Of a stretch of 64,000 bases of DNA, positions 1 to 7,949 are shown piece by piece. Every line of letters begins with the position of its first letter. Position 1 is the first letter of the stretch. The notes beneath the pieces were generated by a model, which ran no database searches, was not told where the DNA came from, and saw nothing but the letters and a program-made list of their open reading frames with translations. Made by a program: the position numbers and the translations under genes. This DNA is from Stappia sp. (lineage in GTDB: Bacteria; Pseudomonadota; Alphaproteobacteria; Rhizobiales; Stappiaceae): positions 4,644,985 to 4,708,984 of the forward strand of contig NZ_OZ255709.1 of NCBI RefSeq assembly GCF_965276915.1, written 5' to 3'.

Positions 1-36
1 GAACGAAAAACGCCCGCGCCGGGGTCCGGCGCGGGC
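1..36 (-). terminator. Rho-independent terminator downstream of the solute-binding protein gene
   Basis: Perfect 11-bp GC stem gcccgcgccgg (12-22) / ccggcgcgggc (26-36) with a 3-nt loop. On the minus strand the stem is followed by GTTTTTCGTTC (11->1). Confidence 0.7.
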
Positions 37-110
37 ATCAAGGCTCAACGGGAGGCAGTCTTTTCGTGCACGGCGACCGACCGGCCGCACCGTGAACCGG
101 GTCTGTCCCG

Positions 111-1385
111 TTACTTCGAGGCGAGTTCTTCCTTGACCGCCATGACGTCGGCCGCCGACATCTCGCCGACGGTCGTCACCTCGCCTTTCTGGATCTTCCA
201 GAGACGGAAGGGACCGGTGATGTCGCCATACTGGTCGAAGCCGACCGGCCCGATGACACCCTCGTACTTGATCGCCTTGCCGTCCTTGATGAGGGCGAGT
301 GCCCTGGCGAACTCCTCCTTGCCGGCAAAGATCGGCTCGCCGCCGGCGGCGACGACCTCAGGAATCGCGGCGCGGATCGCGGCGGACTCGCTGGATCCGG
401 CCTTGGCGATGGCGAGACCGACAATGGCGCCGGCATCATAGGACCGGTCGGCGGCCGGGGCGCTCGGCTCGATGCCGCCGGAGAACTCCTTGTAGTTCTC
501 GTAGAAATACTCGGTCGAGCGGGTCGGCGTCGTGCCCGAGGAGGTGCCGTAGGCGTTCTCCAGGAACTTGGCGCCGACGCTCTCGATGAAGTCGGTCGAG
601 TTCATGCCGTCATTGAGCAGGAAGGTCTGCGGCCCGCCCTGCGAGATCCACGCCCGGGCAATCGTCGCCCCGTCGACCGGATAGCTGACGAGATAGAGCC
701 CCTGCGGCTCGCCGGACATCGCCGCCGAGGCCTCGGCCGCATAGCTCGACTGCTTCTCGTTGTAGGGTGTCGTCGAGGTGATCGTACCACCGAGCTTTTC
801 GTAGGCCGCCGAGAACTCCTTCGCCATGTTGACGCCGAAGTCGTTGTTGACGTGGATCAGGGCCAGCTTCGTCAGCCCCTGGTCGATGGCGTATTTCGCC
901 GCCGCCGTGCCCTGCAACGCGTCGGACGTGATGGTGCGGAAGAAGTTGCCGCCGGTCTTGCCGTCGCGCGACAGCGCGGTCAGCGTCGGCGAGGACGAGG
1001 CGGGCGACACCTGCACGACGCCGGCCGGCGCCGTCACCGAGGTCAGCACCGGGATCGACACCGACGAGATGATGCCGCCGATGATCACCGGCACCTTCTT
1101 GATGTTGACGAGCTGCGTCGCCTGGTCGACGGCGACATTGCCCTGGCTCTGGCTGTCGCGCGTGTCGGTGACGAGCTTGCAGCCATCCTGCACGCCGCCC
1201 GCATCGTTGATGTCGCGGAAGGCCATCTCGACCGACTTGGCGCCGGCCTGGCCGTACTGGCCGGCCGGGCCCGTCAGCTCCAGCACGAGGCCGACGGTGA
1301 TCTCGCAGGCGGAGGCGGAAGCGCTGCCGGCAAGCGCGGCGAACGCGCCCGCGGCAAGCGCCGAAGTCCATTTCATCTTTTGCAT
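111..1385 (-). CDS. ABC transporter periplasmic substrate-binding protein, Liv (branched-chain amino acid/amide) family
   Basis: ORF 111..1406. Signal peptide MKWTSALAAGAFAALAGSASA, then ITVGLVLELTGPAGQYGQ... typical of type-I Liv-family binding proteins. Start set to ATG 1385 (MQKMKW), preceded by AAGGGGA; 1406 and 1376 are alternatives. Confidence 0.85.
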   Translation of the reverse strand: MQKMKWTSALAAGAFAALAGSASASACEITVGLVLELTGPAGQYGQAGAKSVEMAFRDINDAGGVQDGCKLVTDTRDSQSQGNVAVDQATQLVNIKKVPVIIGGIISSVSIPVLTSVTAPAGVVQVSPASSSPTLTALSRDGKTGGNFFRTITSDALQGTAAAKYAIDQGLTKLALIHVNNDFGVNMAKEFSAAYEKLGGTITSTTPYNEKQSSYAAEASAAMSGEPQGLYLVSYPVDGATIARAWISQGGPQTFLLNDGMNSTDFIESVGAKFLENAYGTSSGTTPTRSTEYFYENYKEFSGGIEPSAPAADRSYDAGAIVGLAIAKAGSSESAAIRAAIPEVVAAGGEPIFAGKEEFARALALIKDGKAIKYEGVIGPVGFDQYGDITGPFRLWKIQKGEVTTVGEMSAADVMAVKEELASK

Positions 1386-1418
1386 TGCAGTTCCCCTTCT
1401 CGTCATTGCGCCGCCGGA

Positions 1419-1838
1419 TCACATGCCCGGTCGGTCGTTGATCCAGGTCTCCTGGACAAAGCGCCACGCCACCCCGTGGGGAGCGTCCTCATCCTTCACG
1501 AACAGCGCCGCCGCGCGGCGGACCGTCGCCGCACCGGCATGCTCCTGGCGTTCCAGATAGGTCATCAGCACCGCGTCATCGCGCTCCCAGAGCGGGGCGG
1601 ACGCCTCGATCGCGATCGTGAAATCCCCGGTGATCCGCCCGTGCGCGGCACGCAGCATCGCGTCGAGCCCCGCCCGGTCCTGCATCGCGCCCTCGGGGTC
1701 AACGCGCACGAACCCCGCGTCGAAGGCGGCAAGCGCCGCGTTGTAACCGGCCTCGTCGGGACGACCGGCGAACCAGTCGACAAAGAAGTCGTGGCGGGCA
1801 ACGATCTCGCGTTCCGCCATTTCGGCCAGCCCGCTCAT
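1419..1838 (-). CDS. SnoaL-like / DUF4440 (NTF2-fold) protein
   Basis: 139-aa ORF. Its start overlaps the stop of the upstream AKR gene by 4 nt. Size and sequence style (HDFFVDWF...LFVKDEDAPHGVAWRFVQETWI) resemble NTF2-like DUF4440 proteins. The family call is from memory. Confidence 0.55.
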   Translation of the reverse strand: MSGLAEMAEREIVARHDFFVDWFAGRPDEAGYNAALAAFDAGFVRVDPEGAMQDRAGLDAMLRAAHGRITGDFTIAIEASAPLWERDDAVLMTYLERQEHAGAATVRRAAALFVKDEDAPHGVAWRFVQETWINDRPGM

Positions 1839-2905
1839 GCCGCGCTCTTGTCGTTGAGATTGTATTTCATGATCCGCCCGTGACGGCCGTGGCGATCGCG
1901 CTCAAGCGTGTAGACATCGCCGTCGAGATCCCGCCGCGAGGCCAGCACCGAGGAGATACCGGCAATGTCGTCGCGCGTCAGGCGCAGCGCCAGAATGCCG
2001 AGATTGGAGGCGAGATGGCTGCGATTGCGCGCACCGACGATCACGGCGCCAACCTGCGGGCGGTCGAGCACATAACGGCTGGCGACGCTGGCGATGTCCG
2101 TGCCGTGACGATCGGCAACGAGTTTCAACGTCGCCAGCAGCGCCTGGAACAGATCCCATCCGCCGAAATCGTCGATGATCAGCTTGTATTTGACGAGCGA
2201 GCGATTCTCGAGCGCTTCGCCCGGATCCGGCCGGCCGAGCCATTTCTCGCTCAGGAAGCCGCCGGCAACGGTGCCGTAGCACAGGAAGGAGAGCCCGTGC
2301 CGCGCGGCAAGTCCCGCCATGCGCTTTTCGGCGCGCGCGTCGAGCACCGAGTACTGAACCTGCGCGGAGACGACCGGCACGCCGGCCGCCAGCATCGCGC
2401 CCAAATGGTCGCTGTCGAAATTGGTGACGCCGATATTGCGGATCTTGCCGGCCTGGCGCAGCTCCTTCAGCCACAACGCCACCTCCAGCCAGCCCGGCGC
2501 GTTGTAGTCCCACCAGTGGAACTGGACGAGATCGAGCGTCTCGCAGCGCAGCCGTGCCCGCGACCGGTCGATCAATGCCTCCACATGCGCCTTGTCGATG
2601 CCGATCAGCTTGTCCAGATCCGGCACCATCTTGGTATGCACGCGAATGCGCGACAACGCCTCGACGCCGCGCGCATTGCGATAGGCATCGCGAAACGCGC
2701 CGATCAGTTCCTCGACACCTGTGTAGATGTCGGCGCAGTCGAAGGTGGTGATGCCGGCATCGGCGAAGGCGATCATGTCCTCGATGGCGCCGGTCCGGTC
2801 GACAGTGCCGTGACCGCCGGCAAGCTGCCAGCCACCGCGGATGACGCGGGACACCGGAGCGCCGTCGCCGAGTGTCCAGGTTTCGGTTTCAGGCGCTTTG
2901 GTCAC
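1835..2905 (-). CDS. Aldo/keto reductase (paralogue of the N-domain of 7946..9415)
   Basis: Motifs GITTFDCADIYTG, LDLVQFHWWD, IGVTNFD, GFLSEKWLG align along the whole length with the AKR domain at 7946..9415. The N-terminus of the 381-aa ORF looks non-coding. Start placed at in-frame GTG 2905 (VTKAPETE), 4 nt after the upstream stop. The start is uncertain. Confidence 0.8.
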   Translation of the reverse strand: MTKAPETETWTLGDGAPVSRVIRGGWQLAGGHGTVDRTGAIEDMIAFADAGITTFDCADIYTGVEELIGAFRDAYRNARGVEALSRIRVHTKMVPDLDKLIGIDKAHVEALIDRSRARLRCETLDLVQFHWWDYNAPGWLEVALWLKELRQAGKIRNIGVTNFDSDHLGAMLAAGVPVVSAQVQYSVLDARAEKRMAGLAARHGLSFLCYGTVAGGFLSEKWLGRPDPGEALENRSLVKYKLIIDDFGGWDLFQALLATLKLVADRHGTDIASVASRYVLDRPQVGAVIVGARNRSHLASNLGILALRLTRDDIAGISSVLASRRDLDGDVYTLERDRHGRHGRIMKYNLNDKSAA

Positions 2906-2909
2906 GGGA

Positions 2910-3302
2910 TCACTCTTCGGCCAGGGGGGATTGAGAGGCGGGTGCGGCGCACTCCAGCGGCACCGCCGTCGTGCAGGCATGGGAAAACCGCCTGAGGCCG
3001 AGCCGGGTGATGCGCATCCGGGTCGGGCAATTGGGATCGGGACAGGCGACCTCGGCGTCGCTCGTCATCCAGTCATGGGCGTGGGTCGGGCGCTGCTTGG
3101 CGGCCAGCAGCGGCAGCACCGCGGCCAGCGAGTAGATCGAGAAGCCCTGGCCCGGCGGCAGGTGCAGCATCTCGCCGCGCAGCTCGAAATGGTCGCCGGG
3201 CTTTGCCCCGCAATAGATCGTCGCGCCTTCCGGCGCGACCACCTCGACCCGCAGATCGTGGAGCTCGAACGTATCGTCGATGGGCGCGCCTGTCGTGCTC
3301 AT
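2910..3302 (-). CDS. TIGR04076-family small protein (function unknown)
   Basis: The 3' 130 codons of ORF 2910..4289, starting MSTTGAPIDDTFELHDLRVEVV... The motif ...HDWMTSDAEVACPDPNCPTRMRITR matches my recollection of the TIGR04076 family. ATG 3302 overlaps the GntR stop (ATGA). Confidence 0.65.
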   Translation of the reverse strand: MSTTGAPIDDTFELHDLRVEVVAPEGATIYCGAKPGDHFELRGEMLHLPPGQGFSIYSLAAVLPLLAAKQRPTHAHDWMTSDAEVACPDPNCPTRMRITRLGLRRFSHACTTAVPLECAAPASQSPLAEE

Positions 3303-4066
3303 GGCCGGGCCTCCCCGCCCTCTTCCAGATGCCTGCGCAGGATGTCGAAGGCGCGGCCGATATCGGCCTTCAGCGCCGCTTGCGCAGCGACCGTATCGCG
3401 GCGCGTCACCGCCTCGACGATCTCGCGGTGGAAATGGGTGGCCGAGCCGTCCGCCACCTCGTCGAAAAGGCGGGCCGAGGCACGCAGGTAAGGCCCGGAC
3501 TGCAGCCACAGGCTCTCGATGATCGGGATCAGCACCTGCGACCCGGCGGCGCGGTAGAGGGTGAAATGGAAGGCATGGTTGAGATCGGCGGCCTCGCCGG
3601 ACATCTCGCGTCCCCTGGTCGCCAGCACCGCGTCGCAGGCATCGGTGAGACGCACCAGTTCGCCGACAAGCGCTTCGTCGACATTGGGGATGGCGAGCCC
3701 GATCGCTGCGCTCTCGATGATCGCCCGGGCACCGGCCAGATCCTCCAGCCGGTCGCGGGAAATCAGCGGTACGCGGATGGAGCGGTTCGGCATCGCCTCC
3801 AGCGCCTGCTCGGAGATCAGCCGGGCCAGCGCCTCGCGCACGGGCATGGTGCTGGTGCCGAGCCGGTTGGAGACATCGACGATGCGCAGCACCTCGCCGG
3901 GGTCGAACAGCCCCTGGATCAGGGAGCGGCGCAACTCGCCATAGACGCTGTCCTGCACGGTCTGCCGGCCGACGGGGTTGAGCGGGGCAAGCGCGCCCTC
4001 GCCGGGAGCGGCGGCAGGTTCCAGCCGCTGTATGCGAAACATTCCGGTCACGGCCCTGCCGGTCAT
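3299..4066 (-). CDS. GntR-family transcriptional regulator with FadR-type (FCD) C-terminal domain
   Basis: Winged-HTH region LRIVDVSNRLGTSTMPVREALARLISEQALE, followed by a helical FCD-like domain. Start set to ATG 4066 (MTGRAVTGMF); ATG 4042 is an alternative. The upstream part of the 328-aa ORF is Arg/Gly/Ala junk. Confidence 0.85.
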   Translation of the reverse strand: MTGRAVTGMFRIQRLEPAAAPGEGALAPLNPVGRQTVQDSVYGELRRSLIQGLFDPGEVLRIVDVSNRLGTSTMPVREALARLISEQALEAMPNRSIRVPLISRDRLEDLAGARAIIESAAIGLAIPNVDEALVGELVRLTDACDAVLATRGREMSGEAADLNHAFHFTLYRAAGSQVLIPIIESLWLQSGPYLRASARLFDEVADGSATHFHREIVEAVTRRDTVAAQAALKADIGRAFDILRRHLEEGGEARP

Positions 4067-4306
4067 GGCACCCTCTCCTGCCGCATCCGCCGGCGGCGTC
4101 TCTCGAGTCCCGCCCGCCCCGATCCCCCGCCCGGCGGGCGCCGTTTCGGCGCCGGCAGGCAGGGTCCGCCGCCCGGCACGGGCGCTTGTCCGGGCGAACG
4201 GCCCGCGCCGGAACGGACAATCCCCGTCGACCACGATGGCCGGCCGGGAACTCCCAGGAAGCTGACAAGCTATCTTTACAACCATTCACGATCTGTGATC
4301 AAGATA

Positions 4307-4320
4307 TGTTTGATCAAACA
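4307..4320. promoter_or_regulatory. Candidate GntR operator (14-bp perfect palindrome) in the divergent promoter region
   Basis: TGTTTGATCAAACA is self-complementary. A second TGATCAA sits 12 nt upstream (ctgTGATCAAgata). It lies in the locally AT-rich gap between the GntR gene (minus) and the ABC ATPase gene (plus). Confidence 0.5.
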
Positions 4321-4352
4321 TCAAATGCATCCCGACGCCATGCGACGCGGAG

Positions 4353-5246
4353 ATGCGGACGATCGGAAGGAGCGGCACCGTGCAAGGTGGCATGCAGGGC
4401 GACACGGAACGTGATCCGGGCGGTGATCCGGGCCACGACCCGGGTGAGGCGGGGCCGGCGACGACAAGTGCCGGCGGCGCCCCTCCGGTCCTGCAAGTTC
4501 GCGACCTCGCACGCCGCTTCGGCGGCAACCGCGCCGTCGACGGCATGTCGCTGGACCTTCATACCGGCGAGATCCTCGGCCTGATCGGCCCCAACGGCGC
4601 CGGCAAGACCACCTTCTTCAACCTTGTCGCCGGCAGCCTTGTCCCCGACAGCGGCGAGATCCGCCTCAAGGGCACGCCCGTCGAGGGACAGCCCGCTTCC
4701 CGCCGGCTTGCGATGGGGCTCGGCCGCACCTTCCAGATCCCGCGTCCCTTCGCCGGCATGAGCGTGCTCGACAATGTCATGGCCGCCGGCCAGAACCAGA
4801 GCGGCGAGGCCATCTTCCGCAACTTCCTGCAGCCGGGCACCGTGCGACGCGAGGAGCGGGCGGCGCGCGAACGGGCCCGCGCGCTGATCGACTTTGTCAC
4901 GCTGTCGCATCTCGCCGACGCGCCGGCCCGGATCCTGTCAGGTGGCCAGCGCAAGCTGCTGGAACTCGCCCGCGTGATGATGGCCGAGCCGGCGGTGATC
5001 CTGCTCGACGAGCCGGCCGCCGGCGTCAATCCGGCGCTGCTCGACGTCATCGTCGAGCGCATCGTGGAGATCAACCGGATGGGCGTCAGCGTGCTCCTGA
5101 TCGAGCACAACATGGACATGATCGCCCGGCTCTGCGGGCGCATCGTGGTGATGGCCGCCGGCCGCCAGCTTGCCGAGGGAACGCCGGGCGAGATCATGGC
5201 CAATCGCGAGGTGGTGGAAGCCTATCTCGGCGAGGTGGCTCCATGA
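4353..5246 (+). CDS. ABC transporter ATP-binding protein (LivG family) with low-complexity N-terminal extension
   Basis: Walker A GPNGAGKTT, signature LSGGQRKLLELAR, Walker B ILLDEPAAG. There is no in-frame ATG/GTG/TTG between 4392 and the conserved core, so the start is 4353 or 4392. Confidence 0.85.
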   Translation: MRTIGRSGTVQGGMQGDTERDPGGDPGHDPGEAGPATTSAGGAPPVLQVRDLARRFGGNRAVDGMSLDLHTGEILGLIGPNGAGKTTFFNLVAGSLVPDSGEIRLKGTPVEGQPASRRLAMGLGRTFQIPRPFAGMSVLDNVMAAGQNQSGEAIFRNFLQPGTVRREERAARERARALIDFVTLSHLADAPARILSGGQRKLLELARVMMAEPAVILLDEPAAGVNPALLDVIVERIVEINRMGVSVLLIEHNMDMIARLCGRIVVMAAGRQLAEGTPGEIMANREVVEAYLGEVAP

Positions 5247-6034
5247 CCGCCTCCGCAAGCATGCCCTCGTCCTTCGCCACCCCGGCCCCGCCACTGTCGA
5301 CGCGCGGTCTCATTGCCGGCTACGAACCGGACCTGCCGATCGTCAAGGGCATCGACTTCACGCTCAGGCAGGGCGAATTCGTCACCGTTCTCGGCCCCAA
5401 CGGCGCCGGCAAGTCGACCTTCGTCAAGGCGATCGCCGGGCTCGTGCCCCTCCATGGCGGCACCCTGTCGCTCGCCGATGCCGACATCACCGGCTGTCCG
5501 CGACACGCGCTCGTTCGCAAGGGCCTCGCCTTTGTGCCGCAGACGGAAAACATCTTCGCCACCATGACGATCCGCGAGAACCTGCAGATCGCCGCGACCG
5601 TCCTGCCGAAACCGGTCCGCAAGGTCCGCATCGAGGCGATGCTCGACACCTATCCGGATCTGGCGAAGCGCCCCGGCGCCGTCGCCGGCGGACTTTCGGG
5701 CGGCCAGCGGCAGATGCTGGCAACCGCCCGCGCGCTGCTCGTCGAGCCACGCGTCCTGATCCTCGACGAACCGTCCGCCGGCCTTTCGCCGAAAGCCGTC
5801 GCGGAGGTCTTCGAGCGACTGGTGGCGATCAACCGCAGTGGCGTTCCGGTGCTTCTGGTCGAGCAGAACGTGCGCGCCGCGCTGCGCATCGCCCATCGCG
5901 CCGTGATCCTGGTCGACGGTCGCTTGCGCCACGACGCGCCGGCGGCGGAGCTTGCCGCCGATCCCGATATCGGCCGGCTGTTCCTCGGTGCTCATGGCAC
6001 CGCCGCCCCCCGCAACGGAGACCCTGCTCCATGA
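5243..6034 (+). CDS. ABC transporter ATP-binding protein (LivF family)
   Basis: Walker A GPNGAGKST, signature LSGGQRQMLATARAL, Walker B LILDEPSAGL. ATGA overlap with the upstream stop. Confidence 0.9.
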   Translation: MTASASMPSSFATPAPPLSTRGLIAGYEPDLPIVKGIDFTLRQGEFVTVLGPNGAGKSTFVKAIAGLVPLHGGTLSLADADITGCPRHALVRKGLAFVPQTENIFATMTIRENLQIAATVLPKPVRKVRIEAMLDTYPDLAKRPGAVAGGLSGGQRQMLATARALLVEPRVLILDEPSAGLSPKAVAEVFERLVAINRSGVPVLLVEQNVRAALRIAHRAVILVDGRLRHDAPAAELAADPDIGRLFLGAHGTAAPRNGDPAP

Positions 6035-6942
6035 GTGCCCAGATCCTGCTCGAGGGCCTCCTGGCCGGCGCCATGATCGGCCTTGGCGCCGTCGGCCTGA
6101 CGCTGACCTACTCGATCCTGCGCTTCGCCAATTTCGCCCATGGCGAGCTGCTCGCCTGGGGGGCGTATCTCTCGCTCACCCTGTCACTGGCCATCGGCGC
6201 CATATCGGGCGCCAGCCTTGCCCCGCTCGGCCCCTTCAGCGTCTCGACCGGGCTGATCCTCGCCGGCCTTGCGGCGATGGCGCTGACGGCCCTGCTGGCG
6301 CTTGCCGTCGACGCACTGCTGTTTCGCCGCCTGCGCCGGCGCGGCGCGACCGCGATCATCGTGGTGATGGCAAGCTTCGGCGCCTCGATGGCGCTGCGCA
6401 GCCTGCTGGAATTCCTCTACACCTCGAAGCCCGCCTATTATTCGCGCGAGTTGCAGATCGCCATGCCGCTGCCCGGCGGCATCCGCGCCACGCCCGACCA
6501 GCTGCTGCTGATCGGCGCCGCCTTCCTCGCCGTCATCGCCGTTCACCTGCTGCTCACCCGCACCGACCTCGGCCGCGCCATGCGCGCGGTCAGCGAGAAC
6601 CCGGCGCTTGCCGGCGTCGTCGGCATCGACACGGCGAAGGTGGTGCGCGCCGTGTGGATCATCGGCGGGGCGCTTGCCTGCACCGCCGGCACCATGTCGG
6701 GCCTTCTGGTGCAGATCCGCCCCTATATGGGTCTCGACCTGCTGCTGCCGCTCTTCGCCGCCGTCATCCTGGGCGGCATCGGCTCGGTGCCGGGCGCCAT
6801 GCTCGGCGGATTGCTGGTCGGCCTGTGCGAGGCGCTCGCCGTGCAGACCATCGGCGCCGAGTGGCGGGCGGCCGTCGCCTTCTTCGTCATCACGCTGGTT
6901 CTGGTGATCCGCCCGACCGGATTGTTCGGGAGGCCCGCATGA
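6031..6942 (+). CDS. Branched-chain amino acid-type ABC transporter permease (LivH family)
   Basis: Internal ATG 6031 (MSAQILLEGLLAGAMIGLGAVGLTLTYSILRFANFAHGE) of ORF 5170..6942. ATGA overlap with the LivF-like stop. Multi-TM hydrophobic sequence. Confidence 0.9.
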   Translation: MSAQILLEGLLAGAMIGLGAVGLTLTYSILRFANFAHGELLAWGAYLSLTLSLAIGAISGASLAPLGPFSVSTGLILAGLAAMALTALLALAVDALLFRRLRRRGATAIIVVMASFGASMALRSLLEFLYTSKPAYYSRELQIAMPLPGGIRATPDQLLLIGAAFLAVIAVHLLLTRTDLGRAMRAVSENPALAGVVGIDTAKVVRAVWIIGGALACTAGTMSGLLVQIRPYMGLDLLLPLFAAVILGGIGSVPGAMLGGLLVGLCEALAVQTIGAEWRAAVAFFVITLVLVIRPTGLFGRPA

Positions 6943-7949
6943 GCCTGGAACTCCTCGCCTATTGCGCCTTTTTCCTCACCATCGCGCTGACCTATGCGGT
7001 GATCGTGCTCGGCCTCAACGTGCAATGGGGCCAGACGGGCCTCTTCAATGTCGGAGTTGCGGGCTTTGTCGCGGTCGGCGCCTATGCCTCGGCGATCCTG
7101 ACCTCGCCCGCCGTCGAAGGCCGCTTCGGCGGCTTCGACCTGCCGATCCCGGTCGGCTGGGCCGGAGCTTTCCTTGTCGCGGGACTGCTGTCGGCGGCAA
7201 TCGGCTGGCTGACCATGCGGCTGCGCGCAGATTATCTGGCGATCTCGACATTCGGCATCGCCGTCACCGTGCAACTGGCCGCGCTCAACCTGGAAAGCCT
7301 GACCGGCGGGCCCTTCGGCATCAGCCTGATCCCGCGCCCCTTTGCCGGATACGCAAGCGAGGCGCTTGTCTTCTCGCTTGCCAACATGGCGCTGCTCGTC
7401 GGCGTCGTCGCGGGGCTCTACCTGATGCTCGAGCATCTGGCGAAAAGCCCCTGGGGCCGGGCGCTGAGAGCGATTCGCGAGGACGAGGTGGCGGCCGAGG
7501 CGCTCGGCAAGAGCCCGCGCCGGTTCCGCATCGAGGCCTTCGCGCTCGGCGGCGCGATCATGGGCCTTGGCGGTGCGGCACAGGCCCATTTCATCGGTTT
7601 CATCGCCCCGGAGAACTACCTGCCGATGCTGACCTTCCAGGTCTGGGCGATGCTGATCGTCGGCGGCTCGGGCAACAATCGCGGCGCCATTCTGGGCGCG
7701 GTGCTCGTCTGGGCGCTTTGGGCTGCCTCCTCGGTGCTGGTCGAGGCGCTGGCACCGGCCGGCGAACAGGCGCGCGCGGCCTCGCTGCAGACCGTCATCA
7801 TTGGTGTCGCGCTGTGTGCGATCCTGCTCTTCCGCCCGCAAGGGCTCCTCCCCGAACCGGGCGGCGCCCGCCGCCGCCTGCCCTTCCTTTCCAGATGGCG
7901 CGGAACCGCCGCCGCCGTCGCCACCACCACGGAACCCGACCGCACATGA
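6939..7949 (+). CDS. Branched-chain amino acid-type ABC transporter permease (LivM family)
   Basis: Internal ATG 6939 (MSLELLAYCAFFLTIALTYAVIVLGLNVQWGQTGLFNVG) of ORF 5952..7949. ATGA overlap with the upstream stop. Confidence 0.9.
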   Translation: MSLELLAYCAFFLTIALTYAVIVLGLNVQWGQTGLFNVGVAGFVAVGAYASAILTSPAVEGRFGGFDLPIPVGWAGAFLVAGLLSAAIGWLTMRLRADYLAISTFGIAVTVQLAALNLESLTGGPFGISLIPRPFAGYASEALVFSLANMALLVGVVAGLYLMLEHLAKSPWGRALRAIREDEVAAEALGKSPRRFRIEAFALGGAIMGLGGAAQAHFIGFIAPENYLPMLTFQVWAMLIVGGSGNNRGAILGAVLVWALWAASSVLVEALAPAGEQARAASLQTVIIGVALCAILLFRPQGLLPEPGGARRRLPFLSRWRGTAAAVATTTEPDRT

